NCBI GenBank assembly: GCA_021108375.1
Contig: JAIORA010000048.1
Location: 66,977 to 130,976, forward strand
Direction of reading: 5' to 3'
Source: Anaerohalosphaeraceae bacterium
GTDB taxonomy: Bacteria; Planctomycetota; Phycisphaerae; Sedimentisphaerales; UBA12454
DNA length: 64,000 nt
Shown: piece after piece, positions 40,692-50,285 of the stretch
How positions within the stretch are numbered: the stretch's first letter is position 1
Layout: each line of letters starts with the position of its first letter
Notes under the pieces: generated by a model
Database searches by the model: none
The model's input: the letters and a program-made list of their open reading frames with translations, nothing else
What the model was told of the DNA's origin: nothing
Made by a program: the position numbers and the translations under genes

Positions 40692-41867
40692 CTAAGTTTG
40701 GAGTTCAAACTTCCGCTCGATATTTTCGGTGAGTCTCCCCTGCCAGCTATCCCCTTGTGCAGCAGCCCACACTCCCGGCGAATTAGAACGGTAAAGGTAG
40801 AAACCAGCCAGATTGAACATATCGACAGTTGCCCGAGATGCGGTTTTTCGCTTGCGCTGTTTCGCTTTTTGAATGAGCTTGAAAATCTTCGGCAAATCCT
40901 CAATCAAAAAATCCCCGAAATCCTTAACGCCATTTGCGTCTATCAAAAACGCGGCGTAAGTCTGGGCCATTTTTCTTTTGCCGGGCAGCTTGATTTTTCC
41001 GGATTTGTCAATATGAACAATTGCAAGCGAATCGATTTGGCGTATCCATTGATAATCTCTGTTCCCAAAAATCGCAAGGTTTTCCATTCTGCCTTTAATT
41101 ACCTGAGCCTTTTCAAATTCCCGGGCCGCGGCACAACGTACCATCTGCTCTTTGAACTCTTGCTGAGCCTGACTAACGTTTTTCATTGCTTCAAGGCAGG
41201 CCATAATTTTGGCAAGATACCCGGAATCGGAAATTTTGCCCGAACATACCCCGCAACAGGTATCCATCTGCAAATATGGACAGGACGCAAACCTTCTGCC
41301 ATTGCCCAGAAGCTCCGGTTTTTTGCACATACCAAATGCATCTTCGGCGGCATTCTGGAATCTGGCAGCACTTTTTCTGGTAACAAACGGGCCGAAAACC
41401 CGCAGCTTGTTTCCGTAATCTGGTTTTTGCGAGATGGAAAAACACGGCCATTTCGCTGAAAGGTCTATTCTTAAATACCACATTTTGCCAAGCGAAACGT
41501 AGTCTTTATAATCAGCGGGGTAAATTTTCGCAGCGGCTTTGTAACAAGCTAAAAGCGAACGGAAATCGCAGTAGCAACGGCTGTAATATACCTTTGCTGT
41601 TATGCCTTTAATATCCGCCCTGCGAGCAGGCGGCTGAGAATCACCACTAAGAAGATGCGACTTAGTTGTTCTGCGAATACTGGCAGCGGTGAGCAATTGT
41701 ATGGGATTGTCTGTCGAATCGGCGAAAAGTACAACTCCTCGGGATGTTGGAATCTGAGCGAAAAATTCATCTGTCGGACTGCCGGTTAAAATTTCCAGAC
41801 AAGCCTCAAAATATCCACTCAGATTTATGGGCATTGGCTGCTCTGATAACCTCCAACAAAAAAACAA
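40692..41867 (-). CDS. UvrC/Cho-like protein with degenerate GIY-YIG, Cys cluster and UVR domain
   Basis: IPTSRGVVLF, FGPF, FGMC..CPYLQMDTCCGVC, MVRCAAAREFEKAQVIK. Confidence 0.75.
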   Translation of the reverse strand: MFFCWRLSEQPMPINLSGYFEACLEILTGSPTDEFFAQIPTSRGVVLFADSTDNPIQLLTAASIRRTTKSHLLSGDSQPPARRADIKGITAKVYYSRCYCDFRSLLACYKAAAKIYPADYKDYVSLGKMWYLRIDLSAKWPCFSISQKPDYGNKLRVFGPFVTRKSAARFQNAAEDAFGMCKKPELLGNGRRFASCPYLQMDTCCGVCSGKISDSGYLAKIMACLEAMKNVSQAQQEFKEQMVRCAAAREFEKAQVIKGRMENLAIFGNRDYQWIRQIDSLAIVHIDKSGKIKLPGKRKMAQTYAAFLIDANGVKDFGDFLIEDLPKIFKLIQKAKQRKRKTASRATVDMFNLAGFYLYRSNSPGVWAAAQGDSWQGRLTENIERKFELQT

Positions 41868-41933
41868 CTGTGTTATTTAAAGAGTTTTAAATCACTAAAC
41901 TTGCTCAGTTTGTCAGAACTATTAAGGGAACCT

Positions 41934-42425
41934 CTAAACATTCAAGCCTGAAACCACTGTGTCGAATACCATCGTGCCATCGACGATACCCTGCACTACA
42001 CAGGTATATTTCCTTCGTTTGAATTTTGTAATATGGCCGAGCAGCCAGAGTCTGTTGCCGGGCGAGACAGGTTTGCGGAACTTAGCTGAATCAATGCCTG
42101 CAAATCCGATGAAGCCCCCAAGCTCGTAAACCCTTTTAACGAACACGCTCGAAAGCTGCGCTGCCGCTTCTACCATAATAACGCCTGGCATCAGCGGCCG
42201 GTCGGGAATATGGCCGCGAACCCAGAATTCATCTTCGGTTAAATCTTTGTAGCCGAGAATGAGAAACTTTTCTTTGTCATACCAGACCACCGCATCCAGC
42301 TGGTCCATTTCATAACGCTGCGGATTGACCTCAGCGATTTGCTCTTTATTAAAAATAACCTTATCAAGGTCAATCTCGGACATATCAAATAACAATGTTG
42401 GCGGCACTGGCAACCTTTCAATCAA
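41934..42425 (-). CDS. fabZ: 3-hydroxyacyl-ACP dehydratase (FabZ family)
   Basis: NPQRYEM, GHIPDRPLMPGVIMVEAAAQ, KFRKPVSPG. Confidence 0.85.
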   Translation of the reverse strand: MIERLPVPPTLLFDMSEIDLDKVIFNKEQIAEVNPQRYEMDQLDAVVWYDKEKFLILGYKDLTEDEFWVRGHIPDRPLMPGVIMVEAAAQLSSVFVKRVYELGGFIGFAGIDSAKFRKPVSPGNRLWLLGHITKFKRRKYTCVVQGIVDGTMVFDTVVSGLNV

Positions 42426-42554
42426 AAAACTAAAGACAGGGACTACCCTAATCTATATCAATTATATGATAAAATGAGACGACAAAACGACCCAACCAAA
42501 GGGCTATGCCGTAGGAATCTTAACAATCCAGTTGTGGGCCGAAAATCAGCGACT

Positions 42555-42714
42555 TAGAGCATTTTAATATTTTCTGTTCGCATTTAGGCCGTCGTCAGGA
42601 CAAGGTTGACAAGGAAGAAAACGCAACCCTACTTGTTGTAAGGTGAGTATTTCTGATGCCGACAGCCGAAGCCGCAACAGGCATAAAGCGGACACGAAAA
42701 ATTAAACTGCTCTA
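42555..42714. mobile_element. MITE-like element (160 bp) bounded by TA
   Basis: Imperfect ~35-bp inverted ends TAGAGCATTTTAATATTTTCTGTTCGCATTTAGGCC and GGCATAAAGCGGACACGAAAAATTAAACTGCTCTA. Confidence 0.7.
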
Positions 42715-42885
42715 GTCGGAACTGCGAATTTCGAGGACTTTGCTGCGAACGTCCTGAGCGGCCTGCTTAATCTGCTGCATCTGCTTGCGAACTCGCGTCC
42801 CGGCAGCCTTGTTTCCGCCTTCGGCTTTCCTGATGTCTTCGTCAGCTTCCTCTACCAATCTTTTGAGGTCTTCATATTCCTGCAT
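42712..42885 (-). CDS. Histone H1-like protein Hc1 (57 aa), absent from the ORF track
   Basis: MQEYEDLKRLVEEADEDIRKAEGGNKAAGTRVRKQMQQIKQAAQDVRSKVLEIRSSD*; GNKAAGTRVRK signature; GGAG RBS. Confidence 0.88.
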   Translation of the reverse strand: MQEYEDLKRLVEEADEDIRKAEGGNKAAGTRVRKQMQQIKQAAQDVRSKVLEIRSSD

Positions 42886-43112
42886 ATTTAGTCTCCATAA
42901 ATAATGGTATCTACTAAGGGGATTTTAGCGATGGAAAGGCCTGTTGTCAAAAAAAAAAGCCTTTTTTGAGCAAAAAAACACGTTCAAAATTACACTATTC
43001 AAGCGATTTTGCCGTAAGTGCTGTAACAGGCTGGACTTTACGCTCACACTGTTCGGCAACCCCATCGTCTGGTTTGCCTGTGAAAACTCAGTATATACCT
43101 ATATACGCCCTG

Positions 43113-46100
43113 CTATTTGATGTCCGGTATCACCTGATAGGCGATGACTCTGACCTTATCAGATTTGTTTTTTACGCCGCTTCTGTCGAGGATGGCCAGT
43201 ACCCTTTTCTGCGGGCCTTCGGCACCGAGCCTTACCAATATATACGCTGTGAAAATATCACTGCGAACGGTAACAAGGTCGCTGATGCGAGCAAAAATCA
43301 GATTCTGTTCCTCCAAATCGTCAACATAGCCATCGTAACGCTCCCTGTTTGTGCTGAGGTCGGGGTAGCCGAACTGGTCAACACCATCTATGCCGTAATA
43401 ATCAATGCGGTAATCGATGTCGCCAGAGCTATCTGTTATAACAGCGGCCAATTCGCCAATCGAGCTAAAGCCTGGTGCCTCTGATATGTCAGTAATATCA
43501 GTTGCGCTGAATCGGTTGGAATAATTAATTGGGGCATCTTTCTTATCACGGAAAGCGACAATTGCCTCTGCTAATTCATTGTCGCGATTAAACCTGCTAT
43601 CGGTTACCCAAGGCAGTTGCTTTATAACACTAATCGGTGCGGTATTGATATTGACCCTGCCCTTGATTGCGGTTTTAGTCGCATCATCTATTGCCGGGTC
43701 AAAAAGGGTTATGTACTGAAACATTTTCTGCATAACGCGGTCGTGCATATCAATTCGTGGAAAGTCATCACTGGCTCTGTTAGCAACTTCTCTGTCTCCA
43801 GCTGAAATTTGATAATCCACATTCCCCTCAAGATAATTTGTCTTGCGGAACAGTTGGGCTATCTCGCCAACATTATCAAACCCACCGTGATAAGGCCTAA
43901 CGGCATACAGATGATTGCCTCTGTAAGTTAGACCAACAGTGTGGTTATATTCAAAATCATTCTCGTGGCCAAGAGTAGGGCTGATTGGGACTGGAAGGCC
44001 TAAGAGAGTAGCATTCGTTTCGCCCCAGAGACGTTTGAGAATCAATTCCCATCTGATGTCCCGCTGGTAACTGGCAAAGCTGTCGAAACCGGCAACAGCA
44101 GTAGCTGTGTCACAAAAATTAAATGCCAAACCATCCATCTCATCGACGAGAATAGGGACTCCGTCAACATCACGATACAGCCTGAATGTTGTACCAGCAT
44201 TAAATACCATCGGAGCAATTAGAACTTCTACCGTTTCAGGCGAAGAATTCCAAGTTTCAAAACTCCAGACGCTTCCCTTACTGTAATGAGCAGGGTTTGC
44301 CGGATTAAGTCGTCCGTCAACTCTCCAGAAATATTCTGTATCTATAGGTAACCCACCTGGATCATAGGATTGAGCAGCTTGGCCAGTAACAGGAGGACTG
44401 ACCAGTACGCCGAGTGGAACCGTCGTTGTAGCGTTCTCGACATCACTTGGATTTTGGCCAAAATAAACATCATAGCTATCCGAGACAACCGGGGTGCCGA
44501 CCGCATTATAACCGAGGAATATCTCGCCCCATCTGAGAACAATATCCGGGTCAACGCCAGTAGCGCCATCTTCCGGCGAATCGGAAAAATCAACTTGATT
44601 GGCCAGCGGCGCAAGCGGGTCTTCAAAAATATGCACATAATATTCGCCGCCGCCATCGTTAAAATGAGCCGCATTTATAGGAATAATCTTATCAGCTACA
44701 GGCCCACCCAAATTATCTTTAATATCCGAAATTTCCAATGTCCAATCACCATCTGGGAAATCATCATTAGCCCGGAAATTTTTGCGTAGCTCAATCGCAT
44801 ACGATTTATGAATAACGAGTGGTGGGTTTACGGGGTCTTCTGTAAAATTACGGGTAATTTCAGAGAGATAAATGAACGGCCTTTCAAACCCGTAATACTT
44901 GTCCGAGCCGTCGGCTATCGTAGTAACCTCTGCGTCACCATCTGTGCCATCAATAAGGTTAGCAACAATCTGAGCGAGCCAGGCTTTTCTATCGGCCTTT
45001 TCAGCGGGAGTTAAATAGGTTAAACCATCTATATCTATGCCGAGCAGCATCTTGTCGTAAAGGTCCTGTGCGGCAGTGGCCCCGCGGGTTGCTTCTATAC
45101 TAAACATCTTATCGCCATCCGGGTCGATAACACGGTCGAGATTTATCGTTGTAAAAAGATGCCGTCTGTCCCAATTCGTATCGGTATTATCAGTGATTCT
45201 GCGTCCCCAATCGCCAAGTCCCCAGTTGGTACTCCCTTTGTAATACCCGCCGGGGTTGCCGTAATGGTCAAAGGTCTCATCGAAAATCGGTTCGGATTCA
45301 ATTCTCGCTACCGCCAGATTGTCGAGACAGTACCTGTACCGCAGTTCAAGCTCATCGGTAATATCATACGGGTCGTAAAGGCCGTTAGGCAAGCCACTAT
45401 TCCAAACCATTTCCTGGTTATATGTCGGCCAATCAACATCATCATCAAAAACACCCCCATAACGTGCGACTTGGAAACTTTCAAGTTCATTGTCAACATT
45501 GCCATCAGCATCTTCATCTTTAAATAGCCCCGCCAGATTAATCTGCATCTGCGTTGAGCCGTCAATCTTATTTTCCTCAAGACTGCTTGCATCAAACTGA
45601 TATGCGGTATTGATATTCAGCAGGCCGGAATTGTCGATAATCCGGATAGCGGCGTATAAAGGCTTGCCCTTTTCCGAACGGATATTATCCAGCAGAATCC
45701 ACTTGGCATCAGCTATGCCATCACCATCAGCATCAGCGTATATGTTAATAGGCGCACCACTCGCATCCAAGTCAGAAGGATAAAATTCCGGATACTGACG
45801 AATAACTTGAGATACTCCCGGCGGGTCAACATCAACGTTTTGCCAGGCATAACTATTGTCCTTCAAAAAGCCCGTAACATCGGAAATCTGCCGCCAGTAA
45901 TAACTCCCGCTATCCTCGTAAGGCTCAATCGAAGCGAGAAACGCGTTGTTAACATCGGGATAATCATAATAATCGAGATTAGTAACATCATCTGCTACGC
46001 CGGGACTGTCGAGAACCAACTGCTCGCTGATAAGCTCAATAACGGAATCAATGGCGCAATCGAGCGTTTTGGTATCGGCAACAGCAGAAGTCGAGAGATT

Positions 46101-46241
46101 GTCCATTCGCGAGGTCATAATGAACATAACGCCCACAATCGAAAGAAGAACCGTCAGCACGACCGTCAATATCAGAGCCGAGCCTTTTACATTGCCTTTG
46201 GCTTTTATCTTGTAAGGTTCCATTTTTCTATCCCCTTTCAA
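43113..46241 (-). CDS. Large GspK/PilX-like minor pilin with HhH module and inserted Fn3-like domain
   Basis: KGSALILTVVLTVLL (no E5); NINTA twice; ELAEAIVAFRD..FSSIGEL; TVRSDIFTAYILV; YDVYFG..YFWRVD..VWSF. Confidence 0.8.
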   Translation of the reverse strand: MKGDRKMEPYKIKAKGNVKGSALILTVVLTVLLSIVGVMFIMTSRMDNLSTSAVADTKTLDCAIDSVIELISEQLVLDSPGVADDVTNLDYYDYPDVNNAFLASIEPYEDSGSYYWRQISDVTGFLKDNSYAWQNVDVDPPGVSQVIRQYPEFYPSDLDASGAPINIYADADGDGIADAKWILLDNIRSEKGKPLYAAIRIIDNSGLLNINTAYQFDASSLEENKIDGSTQMQINLAGLFKDEDADGNVDNELESFQVARYGGVFDDDVDWPTYNQEMVWNSGLPNGLYDPYDITDELELRYRYCLDNLAVARIESEPIFDETFDHYGNPGGYYKGSTNWGLGDWGRRITDNTDTNWDRRHLFTTINLDRVIDPDGDKMFSIEATRGATAAQDLYDKMLLGIDIDGLTYLTPAEKADRKAWLAQIVANLIDGTDGDAEVTTIADGSDKYYGFERPFIYLSEITRNFTEDPVNPPLVIHKSYAIELRKNFRANDDFPDGDWTLEISDIKDNLGGPVADKIIPINAAHFNDGGGEYYVHIFEDPLAPLANQVDFSDSPEDGATGVDPDIVLRWGEIFLGYNAVGTPVVSDSYDVYFGQNPSDVENATTTVPLGVLVSPPVTGQAAQSYDPGGLPIDTEYFWRVDGRLNPANPAHYSKGSVWSFETWNSSPETVEVLIAPMVFNAGTTFRLYRDVDGVPILVDEMDGLAFNFCDTATAVAGFDSFASYQRDIRWELILKRLWGETNATLLGLPVPISPTLGHENDFEYNHTVGLTYRGNHLYAVRPYHGGFDNVGEIAQLFRKTNYLEGNVDYQISAGDREVANRASDDFPRIDMHDRVMQKMFQYITLFDPAIDDATKTAIKGRVNINTAPISVIKQLPWVTDSRFNRDNELAEAIVAFRDKKDAPINYSNRFSATDITDISEAPGFSSIGELAAVITDSSGDIDYRIDYYGIDGVDQFGYPDLSTNRERYDGYVDDLEEQNLIFARISDLVTVRSDIFTAYILVRLGAEGPQKRVLAILDRSGVKNKSDKVRVIAYQVIPDIK

Positions 46242-46272
46242 ATCTCAACCTACTGTCTTCTGTCTTCTGTAT

Positions 46273-47175
46273 TTATTTTTTTATATAAACAATATGCTCA
46301 AAACGCCTGCCATTTTTGAAGATTCCCTGCGAATCGTAAATCGTGAATGAAAACTTTATCGCATCAATGTTAGCGGTGTCAGTCGGAAAAGTTACTATCG
46401 GAAAGACAGCAAACGGCGGCAATATCTCACCCCACCAATACGTTATATTGCTGCTTACTTCCGCATCGTCCGGCCACCAGATGATTTCACCGGTAATACC
46501 ATCTATGCCATCTTCTATCTCAATCGTAAAATCATCGACACCAGCCGCAAAATACATCGGGTATTCGTTATTAATACTGGGGTCAACAGCAGGCCGGGTA
46601 AGCCATTTTCCCGTCGTGACAGTCTTGCCGCCTCTAAACTCTTTCTGCTGGTCAAGCAATGAACCTGAATCGTATTCTGCCTCTGTCACAAGCTGAATCG
46701 GCAATAATGGGTCAGCACCGAGTATAGTCTGCCGCCTTGCCAAAATCTTTATTTCCCTGTCATCCTGGACTGTGGAATCAAAAGTCGGAACCTGAGCCTG
46801 CCCGTAATATATTCTCGCAAAATTTCCATTAACGATATTGCCGCTGTAACTATTGGTCGTCTCAAATTGCCCGGCAGAGAAAAACGCTATACTGTCAGCC
46901 CGAACTTCGTCGCTGCCATTTGTGGCTTTGTAAAATTCTACAACAATAGGGCTGTCCTCGTACCAGCCGGCGAAATCAGAATTGAGCTGGTCAACTATCG
47001 CCCGCAGAGTCCGCATAACCTCAGCGGTGGCCATCGCCTGTCGCTGGGCCTGGAGCGAATAGCTGAATATCGTGCCAGAGGCAAGTAATACTGCCGCTAA
47101 CAGCCCCATCGCCACCAACAACTCAGTTATAGTAAACGCCTTTCTCATCTCTATACTTTCCTTAGCCCGGCACAA
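46273..47175 (-). CDS. Minor pilin/pseudopilin (GspJ/PilW-like)
   Basis: RKAFTITELLVAMGLL; position in the cluster. Confidence 0.85.
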   Translation of the reverse strand: MCRAKESIEMRKAFTITELLVAMGLLAAVLLASGTIFSYSLQAQRQAMATAEVMRTLRAIVDQLNSDFAGWYEDSPIVVEFYKATNGSDEVRADSIAFFSAGQFETTNSYSGNIVNGNFARIYYGQAQVPTFDSTVQDDREIKILARRQTILGADPLLPIQLVTEAEYDSGSLLDQQKEFRGGKTVTTGKWLTRPAVDPSINNEYPMYFAAGVDDFTIEIEDGIDGITGEIIWWPDDAEVSSNITYWWGEILPPFAVFPIVTFPTDTANIDAIKFSFTIYDSQGIFKNGRRFEHIVYIKK

Positions 47176-47198
47176 AAGCCGGCGACTGTGTCCTTATT

Positions 47199-47945
47199 TT
47201 AAAACTTTATTATCCTCTGAAAAACCCCAACATCCGGATTAGCTCCGGTCGCGGTCGTAACACCCCCAACCCCATCAGGCGGACGCAAAAACCTTATATC
47301 CGTAGAAGTCGGCATATCTGTTTCCCAATCTCTGTCAAGAGTGAGAACCGTACCATCTCGTTTAACAACACGATAGAGCCTGCCGGTAGTGGCCTCTATA
47401 ATCGTGGTTGGTGGATTTATAAACGGCCCCAAACTGCCGGTCGTAATCTCATTAAAACCAGCCACAGCGGTAGTAACATTTGTCGTGTAAAAAATGGGAT
47501 AATTACCACTGCCGTAAGTATTTGCGACCGCTTTTTTCCTGCCAACAAAAATTGTAACCTGAACACTTGTTTCATCAATATCATTTACAAGTTTTCTGCA
47601 GATTCCGCTCCAGTAATACTGCGAATTTCCACTGGCCAGGTCAACAGAGGGATAAGCAAACTCGCTATCATCAAATGGCAGGTTCAGATATAACCTCAGA
47701 TATTGACATCCCATACCAGGAGCACTGTCGCTCTGCAATCTCACGATATCAAGGCCGCGAAGCTGAACTTTCGCAAACGCCTCATCGGCGACAATAGCCG
47801 CCATCGTCCGCTCGACAGAAATGGTCGTAAAATGAATACCAAGCGGAAACATCGTCGCTACCAGCAGCAACCCGACCGTCAAAATCCCGACAGCCATCAG
47901 CACCTCGGTAAGCGAAAAACCGTTATGTCTCAATTTTCGTTTCAT
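47199..47945 (-). CDS. Minor pilin/pseudopilin (GspI/PilV-like)
   Basis: GFSLTEVLMAVGIL. Confidence 0.85.
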   Translation of the reverse strand: MKRKLRHNGFSLTEVLMAVGILTVGLLLVATMFPLGIHFTTISVERTMAAIVADEAFAKVQLRGLDIVRLQSDSAPGMGCQYLRLYLNLPFDDSEFAYPSVDLASGNSQYYWSGICRKLVNDIDETSVQVTIFVGRKKAVANTYGSGNYPIFYTTNVTTAVAGFNEITTGSLGPFINPPTTIIEATTGRLYRVVKRDGTVLTLDRDWETDMPTSTDIRFLRPPDGVGGVTTATGANPDVGVFQRIIKF

Positions 47946-47949
47946 ATTT

Positions 47950-48810
47950 TTACTTTTTATCTATTATTGTGCCAGTGTAAGGATTTACACGGCGAGTTTT
48001 CAGATTTATTAGATACGAAGAATACGCTGTGCCGCTATTGTAAAATTTCGCAAATTCTTTCCGTGAATAAATCATAAGTTCGCGTCTACTCAGCTCTTCG
48101 GAATCATCCTGAACAAACATCCCTACCGGTGGATTTGAGCTAATATTATCTCTGGTGTTAAAAATAGTATCGTTACTCCCATTGGTCGTCTTGCCATCTT
48201 TATTACGCATCTGAGCGGTTGTCATTACAAGCTTTCCCGATGGCGAAAAAACTATTGAAAAACTCGTCTCAGCGGTCATATCATTATTAGCACTTATATC
48301 GGCATCAGACGATATATTATTGACATCCATAATACCAATATTGGCTGGCAGCTTTATTGGCTTTTTACCTTCGATAGCTCGAAAGCAATCCTTATCATTA
48401 CCCATAGTTTTTTCATCCTCATGAATTATATAAATCATATATTGGTCACGATTCAGCGGGTCATTTTCTACGCCATTAGCGTCAGCAGCTTTTTGAAACC
48501 GTATGCCTGCATACCTGCGGCTGCTGATTGCCATCGCACGCGCGCTGGACAATGCCGATTCGACCATACTTAGCGTGCCGGTAGAGTCGTAAGACCTCTG
48601 CACCGCGTTAATAGCAGGGATAGCAATGCCGATAAGCGATGCGACAATAACGGTAACAACCAGCATCTCGACCAGCGTAAAACCGCCCTTTTGTTTAACG
48701 CAAAAATGGTCAGTCCCCACCCCCTGAGCAGGGACTAACCTATCACTGCTTCGGCTATCAGGCCGGAAGGTTTTTTCTGATTCAACAAATTGTTTCTGTT
48801 CAGTTTCCAT
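47950..48810 (-). CDS. Minor pilin/pseudopilin (GspH/FimT-like)
   Basis: GFTLVEMLVV, ARAMAIS, IVFSPSG. Confidence 0.85.
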   Translation of the reverse strand: METEQKQFVESEKTFRPDSRSSDRLVPAQGVGTDHFCVKQKGGFTLVEMLVVTVIVASLIGIAIPAINAVQRSYDSTGTLSMVESALSSARAMAISSRRYAGIRFQKAADANGVENDPLNRDQYMIYIIHEDEKTMGNDKDCFRAIEGKKPIKLPANIGIMDVNNISSDADISANNDMTAETSFSIVFSPSGKLVMTTAQMRNKDGKTTNGSNDTIFNTRDNISSNPPVGMFVQDDSEELSRRELMIYSRKEFAKFYNSGTAYSSYLINLKTRRVNPYTGTIIDKK

Positions 48811-48825
48811 TCTATCTTCTGTCTT

Positions 48826-49332
48826 CTACCTGTTCGTTATATCGTCTTGCTTTTGTTCAGCAGTACTGGAATTCGCATCCGGCCCGCTCGACCAGACCAG
48901 CGGAAAGTTATCTTCATTTGCCTTGGAATAGCTGTAATACAGTTCTTGGCCCCACGGGTCAATAATTTCAAGGATACCATCACCATCTACATTGATAACC
49001 AATGTCGAATCTAATTCATCAATGGCTTTTTTCGCCTGCGGTACGAGCGAGAGTCGGTAATATATTTCTTCAATATCCGAATCGCAATTGGGAGAATAGC
49101 CACCAGCCAAATCATAAAACTTTCCGTGAAAATCATAGTACTGCTCAAGGGCGGTATCTATAATTACTAATTGGGCTTTTGCCATATCAAGTTTTGCACG
49201 CTTATCTACGGACTGACTGAGAGAAAAAATCCCTGCCGCAAGGATAGCGATTACCACTACCGTTACCAGAATTTCCACTATCGTAAAACCGAATTGGCTG
49301 TGTAAGTTTCTCATTTTACTTTCCATCAACAC
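48826..49332 (-). CDS. GspG-like pseudopilin
   Basis: GFTIVEILV; DPWGQELYY; WSSGPD; DDITN. Confidence 0.85.
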   Translation of the reverse strand: MLMESKMRNLHSQFGFTIVEILVTVVVIAILAAGIFSLSQSVDKRAKLDMAKAQLVIIDTALEQYYDFHGKFYDLAGGYSPNCDSDIEEIYYRLSLVPQAKKAIDELDSTLVINVDGDGILEIIDPWGQELYYSYSKANEDNFPLVWSSGPDANSSTAEQKQDDITNR

Positions 49333-50175
49333 TTATAGATTAGGAGTAAAATTGCATATATCGTCAGTCGTGCCGTAATAGCCATCGGCCCCGGCTGAAA
49401 TCAGCAGAAAACTATCCGGCCGAACAGGCCTTACGGGTGTTGTAACTATCGGGTCTGTTATAAAGGGATAAAAATTAACCGCCATTTTGGACGCGTAAGT
49501 TACCGTATCATCCTTAAGAGTACGGTCATTGAGGATATTCCGATTATCATTATAGTTATAAATACTACCTGTCGGGCCGCTTGCAATATCAGTTTTACTG
49601 GTATCGGCCTTGTAATACAGTATCGGCGTACCAACCTTTGTATTGACTATGCCGTTAGCCGTAGTAATGTCCCTTTTAGCAACCTTGAAAACATCGCAAA
49701 TGAGATACCTCGCAGTAATTACCGAACTACCATCGATGAATATCTCAGTGCCTTGAAAAACGTCGATATTTGTACGCTCAAGATAAGGCCCACGTCTGGC
49801 CAAAATGTTATTATTGTCACTGGAGTCATACACACCAAGAGGGTCCCCATCTTTGAATTCCGTATCGGGATGTACGCCGAGCAGGTCATAACCAAACATC
49901 GCCTCGGCAAGCGTTTGTGCGCCGGTATAGATATAATCACTGTTAAAACCGTGCGAAGGCGGGTAATCGCCGAAATCGTTTTTGAAAAGGTCAAGGCCAA
50001 CTCCGATACTCTGAATCTGAGCTTTTTGCTTCGTGTTGTTTGCCATTTTTTTCACCTGTATAAGCGCAGGAAGCAGTACGCCAACCAATATCGCTATCAC
50101 CGAAATGACTGTTATCAGCTCAACAACCGTGAATGCCTTTTTGTTTCTGTTCTTATTTTTGGCTTCAGTTTTCAT
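49333..50175 (-). CDS. Pilin/pseudopilin
   Basis: KAFTVVELIT; LISAGADGYYGTTDDICNF. Confidence 0.88.
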   Translation of the reverse strand: MKTEAKNKNRNKKAFTVVELITVISVIAILVGVLLPALIQVKKMANNTKQKAQIQSIGVGLDLFKNDFGDYPPSHGFNSDYIYTGAQTLAEAMFGYDLLGVHPDTEFKDGDPLGVYDSSDNNNILARRGPYLERTNIDVFQGTEIFIDGSSVITARYLICDVFKVAKRDITTANGIVNTKVGTPILYYKADTSKTDIASGPTGSIYNYNDNRNILNDRTLKDDTVTYASKMAVNFYPFITDPIVTTPVRPVRPDSFLLISAGADGYYGTTDDICNFTPNL

Positions 50176-50245
50176 ATTTTTACGCCTTTTATTTCTAACA
50201 CCTTAAAAAACTTTTAAGACTTGAGCCAGGCATCACAAATGACTC

Positions 50246-50272
50246 TGTCATTCCCACGAAAGCGGGAATCCA
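50246..50272. repeat. Isolated dRS3-like hairpin repeat
   Basis: TGTCATTCCCACGAAAGCGGGAATCCA. Confidence 0.75.
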
Positions 50273-50285
50273 TTTTTAAATCTGC

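Noticed and set aside
40698-41459. 253-aa plus-strand ORF and similar long antisense ORFs (23491, 29540, 51511, 63255)
   Set aside because: Antisense to well-supported genes, with no motifs of their own
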